Positions 31,658 to 40,577 of a stretch of 64,000 nt of DNA are shown in pieces. The notes under the pieces were generated by a model, which made no database searches, was not told the DNA's origin, and worked only from the letters and a program-made list of their open reading frames with translations. Every line of letters begins with the position of its first letter. Position 1 is the stretch's first letter. The stretch is from an uncultured bacterium (GTDB lineage: Bacteria > Verrucomicrobiota > Verrucomicrobiia > Limisphaerales > UBA11358), in contig CAVPSH010000003.1 in assembly GCA_963708305.1 (NCBI GenBank), positions 319,957 through 383,956 on the forward strand. Reading direction: 5' to 3'. The translations under genes were made by a program, and so were the position numbers.

Positions 31658-32500
31658 ATGAAAGTCACGATACCGGAAGAGTTGAAGAAGGATATTCCTC
31701 AAACCACGTGGGGTAAAATTCTCGCGGCCACGCCCATCGTCATGACCGTCATCGCCACTTTGCTGGCCGGACTCGCCTCCAGCGAGATGACCCGTGCCCA
31801 ATACGACCGCGCCTTTGGCGCGCAACTTCAATCCAAGGCGGGTGACCAATGGGGTTATTTCCAGGCCAAGAAACTGCGCGCCGCCCTGATGCGCAATTCG
31901 TTTGAACTCCTCCAGGCCACCGCCGACGTCCACCCGCTCGAAAATCCGGCACTGGATAAAATTCCATCCGTGGCCGCTCCCGCGCTCGACACAAACCTGC
32001 AAACTGCTCTTGCCGCCGTTGAAACGGAGAAGCCCGAAACCGAAATCGCCGGGGACTTGAAGGGGGTGGACGACAAAGCTCTCGCCGCCGCGCTGCAAGC
32101 CGCCCGCGATCAGGCGCGGGATTTTGATGCCGCGCTCGCCCCGGCCAATCAGGCCATCTCGCAGCTTGAAAAGTCACTGCCCGCCAGAGATAAATCCGCT
32201 GCCCGGGATTTGACCGCCACCAAAATGCGCTATTCCGGCATGCGTTACGATGCCGAAGCCGCCTTGAACCAGAACGTCGGCTACCTGTTGGAACTGCAGG
32301 TCCGCAAGGCAAACCTCTCGGCGGAGCGACACCACCGGCGTAGCCAGGAGTTTTTCTTTGGTATGCTCGCCGCGCAGGCGGGCATCATCGTTTCCACCTT
32401 TGCCATGGCCGCACGGCAACGCAATCTGCTCTGGACCCTCGCGGCGGCCGCCGGCATCGCCGCCGTCATCTTTGCCATTTACGTTTACCTGCGGGTATAG
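31658..32500 (+). CDS. DUF4337-like membrane protein
   Basis: N-terminal TM ILAATPIVMTVIATLLAGLAS, then AGDQWGYFQAKKLR. Two C-terminal TM helices. 280 aa. Confidence 0.6.
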   Translation: MKVTIPEELKKDIPQTTWGKILAATPIVMTVIATLLAGLASSEMTRAQYDRAFGAQLQSKAGDQWGYFQAKKLRAALMRNSFELLQATADVHPLENPALDKIPSVAAPALDTNLQTALAAVETEKPETEIAGDLKGVDDKALAAALQAARDQARDFDAALAPANQAISQLEKSLPARDKSAARDLTATKMRYSGMRYDAEAALNQNVGYLLELQVRKANLSAERHHRRSQEFFFGMLAAQAGIIVSTFAMAARQRNLLWTLAAAAGIAAVIFAIYVYLRV

Positions 32501-32599
32501 CAGCCCTTTAATATAGCAGGAGACGACGTAAGGAGTCTCTAATTTCGGTTTTAAAGTCGGAGAGTATTGAGACTCGTCACCTCGTCTCCTACAGGAAAA
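32499..32599 (+). repeat. About 100-nt structured element, copy A (paired with 36241-36340)
   Basis: gcagcc...AGGAGACGACGTAAGGAGTCTC...GAGACTCGTCACCTCGTCTCCT...ggaaaac. About 83% identical to copy B by eye. Overlaps the stop codon of the upstream gene. Confidence 0.8.
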
Positions 32600-32662
32600 C
32601 GGGGGGTCAGAACAAAGTTTTTCTTCGCGCCTTTATGTCTTCACGGTTAAATTTTGGCGTAA

Positions 32663-33334
32663 ATGCCACGTGAAACGACTGCAGCCAAAGCCAAGCGCCT
32701 GAAGAAAATCATCGCCGCGCTGGATCGGGCCTATCCTGAAGCGCACTGCGAGTTGGATCACAGGAGCCCGCTGGAATTGCTCATCGCTACGATTCTTTCC
32801 GCGCAATGCACGGATAAGCGCGTCAATATCGTTACGCCGGTGTTGTTCAAAAAATATCGCCCGGCGGCGGACTACGCCAACGCACCGCTCGCGGAGTTGG
32901 AGCAGGCCATCAGAACGACCGGCTTCTTCCGCAACAAGGCGCGCAACATCAAAGCGGCCTGCCAGGCCATCGTCGAAAAGCATGGCGGACAGGTCCCACA
33001 AACGATGGAGGAATTGATTCAGCTCGGCGGCGTCGGGCGTAAAACCGCCAACGTTGTTCTGGGCAACGCCTTTGGCATCAATGTCGGTGTGGTGGTGGAC
33101 ACGCATGTTGCGCGATTGTCGCATCGGCTCGGATTGACGAAGCAGAAGACGCCGGAGAAAATCGAGCGTGAATTGATGGCGCTCGTGCCGAAAAAGCAGT
33201 GGACGTTGTTCAGTCACTGGCTCATCTGGCATGGCCGCCGCCGTTGCTTCGCGAGGAAGCCCGATTGCGTTCATTGCGAGGTATTCATGCTTTGTCCGCG
33301 AATTGGAGTTAACGTGAAATCAAACCACGGATGA
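32663..33334 (+). CDS. nth: Endonuclease III
   Basis: HhH LIQLGGVGRKTANVVLG, catalytic DTHV, and C-terminal 4Fe-4S cluster CFARKPDCVHCEVFMLCP. Confidence 0.95.
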   Translation: MPRETTAAKAKRLKKIIAALDRAYPEAHCELDHRSPLELLIATILSAQCTDKRVNIVTPVLFKKYRPAADYANAPLAELEQAIRTTGFFRNKARNIKAACQAIVEKHGGQVPQTMEELIQLGGVGRKTANVVLGNAFGINVGVVVDTHVARLSHRLGLTKQKTPEKIERELMALVPKKQWTLFSHWLIWHGRRRCFARKPDCVHCEVFMLCPRIGVNVKSNHG

Positions 33335-33365
33335 ACACGGGTTTGATAGACACCCCTCGCCCCGT

Positions 33366-33392
33366 CCCTCTCCCCGCTTGGCGGGGAGAGGG
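33366..33392. repeat. GGGGAGAGGG-type perfect hairpin
   Basis: CCCTCTCCCCGC ttg GCGGGGAGAGGG. 12-bp perfect stem. Confidence 0.8.
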
Positions 33393-33452
33393 TGGCCGAA
33401 GGCCTGGAGAGGGGATCTTATGTTCGACCATCCGTGTTAATCCGCGGTTAAA

Positions 33453-34136
33453 ATGAATTCCTGGCTGTTACTCAATTCTGGTAAGTGCGATCCGGCGTTA
33501 AATATGGCGCTCGACGAGGCGTTGCTGGAGGTTGTGGCGTGCTTGGGTCGGCCGGTGCTGCGGTTTTACGGCTGGAATGAACCGGCGGCGACGTTCGGTT
33601 ATTTTCAGAAATTTGCCGAGGTCGAACGCGCGACATTGTTGCGTCCGCTCATCCGCCGGCCCACCGGCGGGGGTATCGTGCCGCACGACGCCGACTGGAC
33701 CTATAGCCTCGCCTTTCCACCGGATCATGATTGGCATTCGCTCAAGGCCGAGGAAAGTTATCGGCGGGTTCACGAATGGATCCGGTTGGCATTTGCGAAA
33801 TTGACGGTCAGCTCTGAACTTGCACCTGCCTGTAAAAAATCCGCGCTCGGCGAATGCTTCGTCGGGCATGTAAAATTCGATTTGCTCCGGCGCGGCAAAA
33901 AAATTGCGGGTGCGGCCCAACGACGCAACAAATTGGGGTTATTGATTCAGGGTTCAGTCCAACCACCGCCGATTTCTTTGGTCCGGACCGATTGGGAGCG
34001 GGCCATGGGCGAAGTTGCGCGCGGGGACTTTGGCGTGTTCTGGGATAATTTTTCACCAGATGCCGAGTTGCGTGAACGGACGGAAGCATTAGTCCGTCAA
34101 AAATATTCCCAACCGGAATTTATAACCATGCGCTGA
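33453..34136 (+). CDS. Lipoate/biotin protein ligase family protein (LplA/LipB/BPL catalytic domain)
   Basis: LNMALDEALLE, RRPTGGGIVPHD, GKKIAGAAQRR. 227 aa. Confidence 0.75.
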   Translation: MNSWLLLNSGKCDPALNMALDEALLEVVACLGRPVLRFYGWNEPAATFGYFQKFAEVERATLLRPLIRRPTGGGIVPHDADWTYSLAFPPDHDWHSLKAEESYRRVHEWIRLAFAKLTVSSELAPACKKSALGECFVGHVKFDLLRRGKKIAGAAQRRNKLGLLIQGSVQPPPISLVRTDWERAMGEVARGDFGVFWDNFSPDAELRERTEALVRQKYSQPEFITMR

Positions 34137-34157
34137 CCGTTTACATTTGGTTGCGAT

Positions 34158-36230
34158 GTGGGAACATGTCCCGCAATCATCGTGAAGAAAGCTGCCTCGG
34201 GACTGGCCGTATTCATGGTTTTCGCCATCACGGCGAAAGCGGTGGTATTGTTCAGCGATTCCTTCGATTATCCCGACGGCCCGTTGGTGACGGAGAGTGC
34301 CAATTTATGGGCGCACCACAGCGGCTCGGTTACCGGCGAAGTCATGGTTGTGTCGGGCCGCGTGTTATTGAGTGAGGCCAATACCGAGGATGTCCATGCA
34401 TTTCTGGCCGGCCAGCCCTATCCTGCTCCCGGCACAACCAATATATTTTATGCCAGTTTCAAGGTGAAATTCACCACGCTGCCGAGCAGTAGCGGAACCT
34501 ACTTCGCTCATTTCAAAGATTCAGGTAATGGTTTTCGGGCGCGCGTCTGGGCGCTGACGGGCGGGGCGGCGCCTGGCAGATTCCGGCTGGGAATTTCGTC
34601 CACCAGCGGCTCGGTCATCAATATTACCAGTCCCATGGATTTGCGCCTCAACACGGATTACATCGTGGTGGCCCGCCTGGTGAACAGTAATTCGGTCAGC
34701 ACGCTTTGGATCAATCCGACGGCGGAAACGGATACCAATGTTTCGACCAGTGAAGGGGTTTCAACTTTTATTGTGGCCGGCTACGCCTTTCGCGAAAACA
34801 CCGGAGAAGGTGTGTTGAGCGTGGATAATCTAAAAATCGGCACCACCTTTGCCGATGTCATTGGCAACGGGCCGGCTGCTGAGCCGCCGACCATCGTCTC
34901 CGGGCCGCAGCATCAAACCGTCACGAATGGTGCCGAGGTTGTTTTCCGTGTGATGGCCACCGGCACACCACCGCTGGCCTATCAGTGGCAGTTGAACGGC
35001 ACCAATCTGCCCGAGGCGATCAGTTCCAATCTCACCCTGGCCGGAGTGGCTTTTGCCCAGTCCGGTTTTTATACTGTTTCCGTCACCAACACCGCCGGTT
35101 CAACCATCAGCGATACGGCGGCCTTGAGTGTTTGGTGCACCGCTCCGCCGGCTTTTTCGTATCTGACTTACAACGTGCATGGCAATGGTCTGACCAATTG
35201 GAGCACGAACATGTGGCACGTACAGGCCATCGGCCGCCAGATGCAATACCTCGACCCGGACATTATCACTTTCAACGAAATTCCAGTTACTAACAACTGC
35301 ACGGCGCAGATGGCGGATTTCGTCACAGCGTTCCGACCGGGCTATTATCTGGCTACCAATTCCATGGACGACGGATTTATCCGGAGCGTCATCCTCAGCC
35401 GGTATCCAATCGTTGCGTCGCGCAGTTGGTTGCACGGCGCTGACCTCGCACCGTTTGGTTACACCAATACCAGTCCCGCCCCCGGTTTCACCCGGGATTT
35501 GTTCGAGGCGCAGATTGCTCTCCCGGGCTTTCCCCGGCCATTACACGTTTTTGTCGTCCATTTAAAATCGAGCCAGGACGCCGATTCGGTGTCAAAACGC
35601 GCGGCGGAGGCGGGCGCCGTTTCCAACTTTTTCGCCACTGTTTATCGACCGGCCAACGGCGATGAACCCTGTGTCTTAAGCGGCGACATGAACGAAGACA
35701 TTCTCCGGCCGCCGGCGAGCAACCCACAGTCGGTCCAGCGTCTGATTGGCACGCCGACCGGGTTGCAGATGACGACAGCAGTCAATTCGTTCACCGACAC
35801 CGAAGTGACCTGGTCCATCCAGGACACCAACAACGGGCCCACCGTGCGTTACGATTACATCCTGCCGTGCGCGGCGCTGTTCTCGAACGTCGTCAGCAGC
35901 CAGATGTTCCGCACGGATTTGCTGAACCCGCTGCCCTCCAACCTGTATAGCAACGACGACAAGATAGCCTCCGACCATCTCCCGGTGTTCATGGTATTTG
36001 CCAATCCATTCAATGTGCCATTCCGGCTGCTTTCCTTAAGGTTGACGAATCAAATCGTTTCCTTGACGTGGGAATCGCAAAGCAACCGGTCGTATAACAT
36101 CGAAGTTTCGTCGGATCTGATTTCATGGACGCCGCTGGCCATGCATCTGGTGGCAACCGGGACTGATTGCACTCTTCAAACCAATACCTCCGATGCGTCT
36201 CGATTTTTCCGGGTCTCTCGCGTGCCGTGA
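34158..36230 (+). CDS. Secreted multidomain protein: N-terminal domain, Ig-like domain, endonuclease/exonuclease/phosphatase (EEP) domain and the shared C-terminal module
   Basis: Ig-like PPTIVSGPQHQTV...PLAYQWQLNG...GFYTVSVTN. EEP LTYNVHGNG...ITFNEI...SDHLPVFMVF. C-terminus VSLTWESQSNRSYNIE...RFFRV. GTG start is uncertain. Confidence 0.75.
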   Translation: MGTCPAIIVKKAASGLAVFMVFAITAKAVVLFSDSFDYPDGPLVTESANLWAHHSGSVTGEVMVVSGRVLLSEANTEDVHAFLAGQPYPAPGTTNIFYASFKVKFTTLPSSSGTYFAHFKDSGNGFRARVWALTGGAAPGRFRLGISSTSGSVINITSPMDLRLNTDYIVVARLVNSNSVSTLWINPTAETDTNVSTSEGVSTFIVAGYAFRENTGEGVLSVDNLKIGTTFADVIGNGPAAEPPTIVSGPQHQTVTNGAEVVFRVMATGTPPLAYQWQLNGTNLPEAISSNLTLAGVAFAQSGFYTVSVTNTAGSTISDTAALSVWCTAPPAFSYLTYNVHGNGLTNWSTNMWHVQAIGRQMQYLDPDIITFNEIPVTNNCTAQMADFVTAFRPGYYLATNSMDDGFIRSVILSRYPIVASRSWLHGADLAPFGYTNTSPAPGFTRDLFEAQIALPGFPRPLHVFVVHLKSSQDADSVSKRAAEAGAVSNFFATVYRPANGDEPCVLSGDMNEDILRPPASNPQSVQRLIGTPTGLQMTTAVNSFTDTEVTWSIQDTNNGPTVRYDYILPCAALFSNVVSSQMFRTDLLNPLPSNLYSNDDKIASDHLPVFMVFANPFNVPFRLLSLRLTNQIVSLTWESQSNRSYNIEVSSDLISWTPLAMHLVATGTDCTLQTNTSDASRFFRVSRVP

Positions 36231-36240
36231 AGCTTGTTTC

Positions 36241-36340
36241 GCAGCCTGTTAATAAAGTAGGAGACGATGTGAGGAGTCTCTAACTTCGGTTTCAGAATCG
36301 AAATAAATTGAGACTCGTCACCTCGTCTCCTGCGGAAAAC
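36241..36340 (+). repeat. About 100-nt structured element, copy B (paired with 32499-32599)
   Basis: Same ends and same 3' arm GAGACTCGTCACCTCGTCTCCT as copy A. Begins 11 nt after the upstream stop codon. Confidence 0.8.
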
Positions 36341-36356
36341 CGGTTTTTAACGGCTT

Positions 36357-37028
36357 TCAGGGGATCCAGACCAGTTTCGGATTGTTGGTAATACATTTAT
36401 TTTTTTTGGAATCCCAGTACGCCGTATTCTTGAACGAGGCCACATGACCGTCGAGGAAAACAAACTGCGCACCGTGTTGATGCAAATCACGGTGAACGAA
36501 AGTCCAGCCACCCAGCGCAGGTTGATTTTTGCTGTCGAACAACCAGATGACAGCATCCGGTCGCGAAATTGAGACCAGTCGTATCGGATAATTATTCGAG
36601 CCTGTGCCGTTGACATATTCGTTGAGGCAATAATGAAAAAGCTCCGTCCCGTTGCTGCGTCGAGGATTATTGGGACAAATCCAGATCGAATGACCCAGAT
36701 TGGCGTGGGAGTTGGAACGCCAGGGCATTTCATAATACGACGGCAATCCAATCGTCTGAGGGAGCAAGACGTACCAACTGTTGGTATGTACCGACTGGGT
36801 GGGTACCAGCGGAGGATTGGCCCAACCTTCGGGCGGCAAACGATCACCGTGATCTGCCGCGTAAAATTGAGTCGCCGTTCCCCATTGCCTGAGATTATTC
36901 CGGCAGGTGACCGCCTGCGCCGAGGCTTTGGCGTGGCCGATGACGGACAACAACAGCGCGGCCAGGATGGCAATAATCCCCATTACCATCAGCAGTTCGA
37001 TGAGCGTGAATGCCCGGGTTCGTGGCAT
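36357..37028 (-). CDS. Prepilin-type N-terminal cleavage/methylation-domain protein (DUF1559-like)
   Basis: MPRTRAFTLIELLMVMGIIAILAALLL and C-terminal HQHGAQFVFLDGHV (H-x9-DG-like motif). Confidence 0.85.
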   Translation of the reverse strand: MPRTRAFTLIELLMVMGIIAILAALLLSVIGHAKASAQAVTCRNNLRQWGTATQFYAADHGDRLPPEGWANPPLVPTQSVHTNSWYVLLPQTIGLPSYYEMPWRSNSHANLGHSIWICPNNPRRSNGTELFHYCLNEYVNGTGSNNYPIRLVSISRPDAVIWLFDSKNQPALGGWTFVHRDLHQHGAQFVFLDGHVASFKNTAYWDSKKNKCITNNPKLVWIP

Positions 37029-37157
37029 GGTTCTTCATCCAATACCCCTGGATTAATCAGTTCGATAAAACAAATGTCGGACATCTGTCCAGTAAAACTT
37101 ATTCACCACTGACACCGTTGCGTTGCCTGTCGGCGCGGCAACGGTTAGCTTCTTTGC

Positions 37158-37850
37158 ATGGTGCGGCTTGTATTATTCGACATTGACGGCACGCTCGTTC
37201 ACACCGGCGGCGCGGGCATTAAAGCGTTTGCCCGGACCTTCGCGACCGAATTCAACGCCCTCGACGGCGTGGAAAAAATCAGTTTTGCCGGAAGGACGGA
37301 TGTGAATCTCGTGCGCGAATTCTTCGGCCTCCACCGGATTGCGGCGACGCCGGAAAATTTCCAGCGGTTCTTCGAGCGTTATGTTTTCTGGCTCGACCAA
37401 ACCGTCGCCCAAAGCAATGGCGGGACCTGCCGCGGAGTATTGGAGTTCATCAACGGTCTGCGAACCCTGACGAATCCGCCGATGCTGGGTTTGCTCACCG
37501 GCAACATCCGCCTGGGCGCGGAAATCAAGTTACGCCGCTACCATCTTTGGGAGGTTTTTGAGACCGGTGGCTTTGCCGACGACAGCGAGGATCGCAATCA
37601 AATTGCCGCCGCCGCCCTCGAACGCGGCGGTCGCCTGCTGGGCCGGCAATTGCGCGGCGAGGAAATCGTTGTGGTCGGTGACACGCCGCACGACATCCGT
37701 TGCGGACGATTCATTGGCGCGAAAACGCTGGCTGTCGCCACCGGCGGCGCGAAACTGGACGAGTTGAGAAAGCATCAACCCGATTGGGCGGTGGAAAACT
37801 TAGCTCAAATTGGCGTGCGTGAAGTTTGCTCGACCGAAAGTTTACGGTAG
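37158..37850 (+). CDS. HAD-superfamily hydrolase (phosphoglycolate-phosphatase-like)
   Basis: Motif I LVLFDIDGTLV, motif II LLTGN, motif IV VVGDTPHDI. Confidence 0.85.
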   Translation: MVRLVLFDIDGTLVHTGGAGIKAFARTFATEFNALDGVEKISFAGRTDVNLVREFFGLHRIAATPENFQRFFERYVFWLDQTVAQSNGGTCRGVLEFINGLRTLTNPPMLGLLTGNIRLGAEIKLRRYHLWEVFETGGFADDSEDRNQIAAAALERGGRLLGRQLRGEEIVVVGDTPHDIRCGRFIGAKTLAVATGGAKLDELRKHQPDWAVENLAQIGVREVCSTESLR

Positions 37851-38016
37851 CACCCGTGTCCCGCGGGTGGTTTCGGGCGTCACGCCCGAAATTCACAGGA
37901 TAGGGACCCGACTGCACTTTATTTCCAACCCTTGTCGTTTCATATCACTCGCCATTCGCAATTTGGCGGGACGCCAAATTAAACCCGCCGGAGGCGGGTG
38001 CTACCACAGCTTTTTT
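37846..38016. terminator. Multi-hairpin convergent intergenic region, probably bidirectional terminators, enclosed by a long-range stem
   Basis: Perfect hairpins TTTCGGGCGtcaCGCCCGAAA (37871-91), AATTTGGCGggaCGCCAAATT (37960-80) and CCCGCCggaGGCGGG (37984-98). Outer pair GGTAGCACCCG (37846-56) / CGGGTGCTACC (37995-38005), followed by T6. Confidence 0.55.
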
Positions 38017-38236
38017 AATGTCCGTGACAATGTCCGCCGCAACAGCCGCCGCCCTGTCCGCCGCCCAACGAAGGCGTGGCAGGACCTTCACCCCCAGCGG
38101 AAGCGAAGACTGAAAGCTTTTTGGTCAATTTGGTGGAGCCGCAATGGGGACAGGCACTGCCTTTCCAATCGCTGGAACGGACGAGGATTTCGCTGTCGTG
38201 CTCGCATTTCTCGCAATGAAATTCGTAAATCGGCAT
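38015..38236 (-). CDS. FmdB-family zinc-ribbon protein with a Gly/Cys/His-rich tail
   Basis: MPIYEFHCEKCEH...CPHCGS. Tail GGGQGGGCCGGHCHGH. Confidence 0.85.
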   Translation of the reverse strand: MPIYEFHCEKCEHDSEILVRSSDWKGSACPHCGSTKLTKKLSVFASAGGEGPATPSLGGGQGGGCCGGHCHGH

Positions 38237-38510
38237 GAACCAAAGATAACTTTTTATTGCAAAAGAACAAGCTGGATCAAATCCAAGAGTGTGCCCGAAA
38301 ATTCAACTTTTCCAGTAGGAGCCAAGGTGACGGGGCTCAAACCTCTCGAAAATCGGGTACCGTCGAGGAAAGAATGAGCTTCCTCACGTCGGCTCCTACA
38401 TTTTCCAGACGCGCCCCAACAGAAGGAAACGAAGTTAACGAAGTCTCTTTGTTATCCAAGCCATATTCATTTCGCCTTTTCTTTCAACGGCCAACCATTA
38501 ACTTTGCCAC

Positions 38511-39077
38511 ATGACTCTTTTGCAACGGGCGATTGAAGACTCCATAAAAACCTGCCGTGGGCTTGCGGATTTAGAAGAGCCGCTGAATCGTGCCGCGCAG
38601 ATGGTTTCGCGTTGTCTGACCTCCGGCCACAAGGTGCTCACCTGCGGCAATGGTGGCAGCGCGTCAGACGCGACGCATCTGGCCTCGGAATTCCTCTGCC
38701 GCTTTGTGGAAGATCGCCGGCCGTATCCGGCCATTTCACTCACCGCCGACGGCGGGTTCCTGACCGCCGTCTGCAACGATTACAGCGTTGACGAAATGTT
38801 CGCTCGACAGGTTCGGGGTTTGGCCGAAAAAGGCGACGTGCTCATCGCACTTACGACCAGCGGTAAATCCAAAAACGTGTTGCGGGCGCTGGAAGAGGCC
38901 AAACGCAAGGGCGTCGAAAGCATCTGTTTTCTGGGCCGTGACGGCGGTTTCACCAAAGGCGTGGCCACGCTGGATTTACTGGTGCCGGGTGATAAAACAG
39001 CAAGGATTCAGGAAGGCCATAAGCTGCTCATGCACGTCCTGTGCGAAATAGTGGAAGAAAAACTGCCAAAACAGTAA
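38511..39077 (+). CDS. gmhA: SIS-domain phosphoheptose isomerase (GmhA/DiaA family)
   Basis: KVLTCGNGGSASDATHLASEF, ALTTSGKSKNV. 188 aa. Confidence 0.85.
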   Translation: MTLLQRAIEDSIKTCRGLADLEEPLNRAAQMVSRCLTSGHKVLTCGNGGSASDATHLASEFLCRFVEDRRPYPAISLTADGGFLTAVCNDYSVDEMFARQVRGLAEKGDVLIALTTSGKSKNVLRALEEAKRKGVESICFLGRDGGFTKGVATLDLLVPGDKTARIQEGHKLLMHVLCEIVEEKLPKQ

Positions 39078-39150
39078 GACACAGATTTCACGGATTCACA
39101 CGGAATTGTTTTCCATGTTTTTATCTGTGAAAATCCGAGTAATCCGTGTC
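39078..39150. repeat. Inverted oligomer-array element (CACAGAT / CACGGAT units) between convergent genes
   Basis: gACACAGATttCACGGATtCACACGGa ... ATCTGTGaaaATCCGagtaATCCGTGTc. Confidence 0.65.
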
Positions 39151-39169
39151 TAAAAAATCCGGTGCGCAT

Positions 39170-39421
39170 TCAGCGGTTGGAAGCAGCGGGATTCAGCAGG
39201 GTGAAGAGGATCAAAATCCAGGCCGCGCCCCATAGCACAATCCCCAGAGAGCCACATACAACTCCCCAAAACCAGTAAGGCTTGGCCGCATTCCAGTATT
39301 TCTTCTGTCGGACGCGGACATTTCCAGAAATCACCAGGGCGGCAACTGCAAAAGGAAATCCAATCAGCGGTAATAATCCCACCAGTCCGCATACAAAACA
39401 TTCCAGCGAGCTTTTGAGCAT
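39170..39421 (-). CDS. Small two-TM membrane protein, last gene of the pilus/T2SS-like operon
   Basis: MLKSSLECFVCGLVGLLPLIGFPFAVAALVISG...YWFWGVVCGSLGIVLWGAAWILILF. 83 aa. Starts 26 nt after the upstream stop. Confidence 0.5.
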   Translation of the reverse strand: MLKSSLECFVCGLVGLLPLIGFPFAVAALVISGNVRVRQKKYWNAAKPYWFWGVVCGSLGIVLWGAAWILILFTLLNPAASNR

Positions 39422-39447
39422 CTGGATTCTGGCTTCGATATCGGCGT

Positions 39448-39684
39448 TCACTTTAATTCCAGTTTTACCCGCGATTCTGCTACAGAAGTGGCGTTGGTTT
39501 GCGAGGCGTTCAGGCGGGCAACCTGCCGGCTCTCCAATAATTTGATTTCCCGATGTAGATGGAAAAGGGCTTTGCTGTTGGCGATGGCCAACATCACCAT
39601 GATCACCAGCAACGTGATTAAAACCAGGACGGTGGAGCCGTTCTGCCGGCGGTGTTTGGAAAAATCTGCAAAGGTAGTTTTCAT
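39448..39684 (-). CDS. Short pilin-like / GspK-N-terminus-like membrane protein
   Basis: ...HRRQNG|STVLVLITLLVIMVMLAI has no Glu at +5, as in GspK-type minor pseudopilins. ATGA overlap with the upstream gene. Confidence 0.5.
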   Translation of the reverse strand: MKTTFADFSKHRRQNGSTVLVLITLLVIMVMLAIANSKALFHLHREIKLLESRQVARLNASQTNATSVAESRVKLELK

Positions 39685-40187
39685 GGTGCGGTTTTTGCCG
39701 CCGCCTCAAATGTAAATTGCAGCGGCAAATGCGTTACCTTGCGGTGTGGTTTCAATTCCAGTTCCCAGCGCCACGCAGTGACGGTCCCACGCGTGTCCAT
39801 GACCATTTGCGAGGCCTCGACGGCGGTCAGTATTGACTCGGCAAAACCCGATGACGCCAATTGGCGGCGGATTTTACCGGCGGTGAAACGGTAAACGATC
39901 TCGTTTGTCCCACAAGGAATGCGCAGAAGCTCGCCGGCTGCGTTGGTCTCAACGGTGATTTTTCCAGTCGTACCGCGGATGTCTGCACGCCAGCGCTCAC
40001 CGGCACGCAAGGCGGTGGCAACGTCGTCCGTGGTAAGGCGCAACGCCTTCGAGTTATCCCAGCACAGATAGAATGTCGCCAGACCCAACCCGGTGATGAC
40101 AGCGAATACAACAATGTAAACCAGGCACTCCAGCAACAGATAACCGGCTCGAGCACGCGCACCAGAGATGGGAGATGAGAGTTTCAT
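39681..40187 (-). CDS. Pseudopilin-like protein with a class III signal
   Basis: MKLSSPISGARARAG|YLLLECLVYIVVFAVITGL (Gly-1, Tyr+1, Glu+5). 168 aa. The start overlaps the upstream stop as ATGA. Confidence 0.7.
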   Translation of the reverse strand: MKLSSPISGARARAGYLLLECLVYIVVFAVITGLGLATFYLCWDNSKALRLTTDDVATALRAGERWRADIRGTTGKITVETNAAGELLRIPCGTNEIVYRFTAGKIRRQLASSGFAESILTAVEASQMVMDTRGTVTAWRWELELKPHRKVTHLPLQFTFEAAAKTAP

Positions 40188-40577
40188 TTGACGGTGATTT
40201 CGCGGACAACCACCCCGATGCCGCGCGGTTCGTCCGATTTCCATTCGAGGCGCAAATGTTTTCCGGTCCTGGTCAACTGAAAACGGCCGGGCGGCAGGGT
40301 GGTGGCGGCCTGAGCATGAACTGTATAAATCTGTTGCCCATCCGGAAAGTCCCGCCATTCGCCCGCGGCCAGGATCTCCATTTCGCCATCCACAATTTCC
40401 ACGGCGACGGCGCGCGAAGTATTCGGCGCGGAGTGATTTTCGTTCGTGCACAAATGAATAGGCCAGGGGCATGATCGCCACCGTGAGAATCGCCATACCG
40501 ACAGCCAAATCCACCATTAAGAACCCGCGCCGGCAATGATATCCAGCGTTGGATAATTCTAACTTTTCAGTTCTCAT
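40184..40577 (-). pseudogene. Pilin-like protein, in frame with the upstream GspF-like ORF and carrying a +1 frameshift near 40442
   Basis: MRTEKLELSNAGYHCRRG|FLMVDLAVGMAILTVAIMPLAYSFVHE in the 716-aa ORF frame. Protein-like continuation NHSAPNTSRAVAVEIVDGEMEILAAGEW...REITVK* in ORF 40184-40453. Confidence 0.55.
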
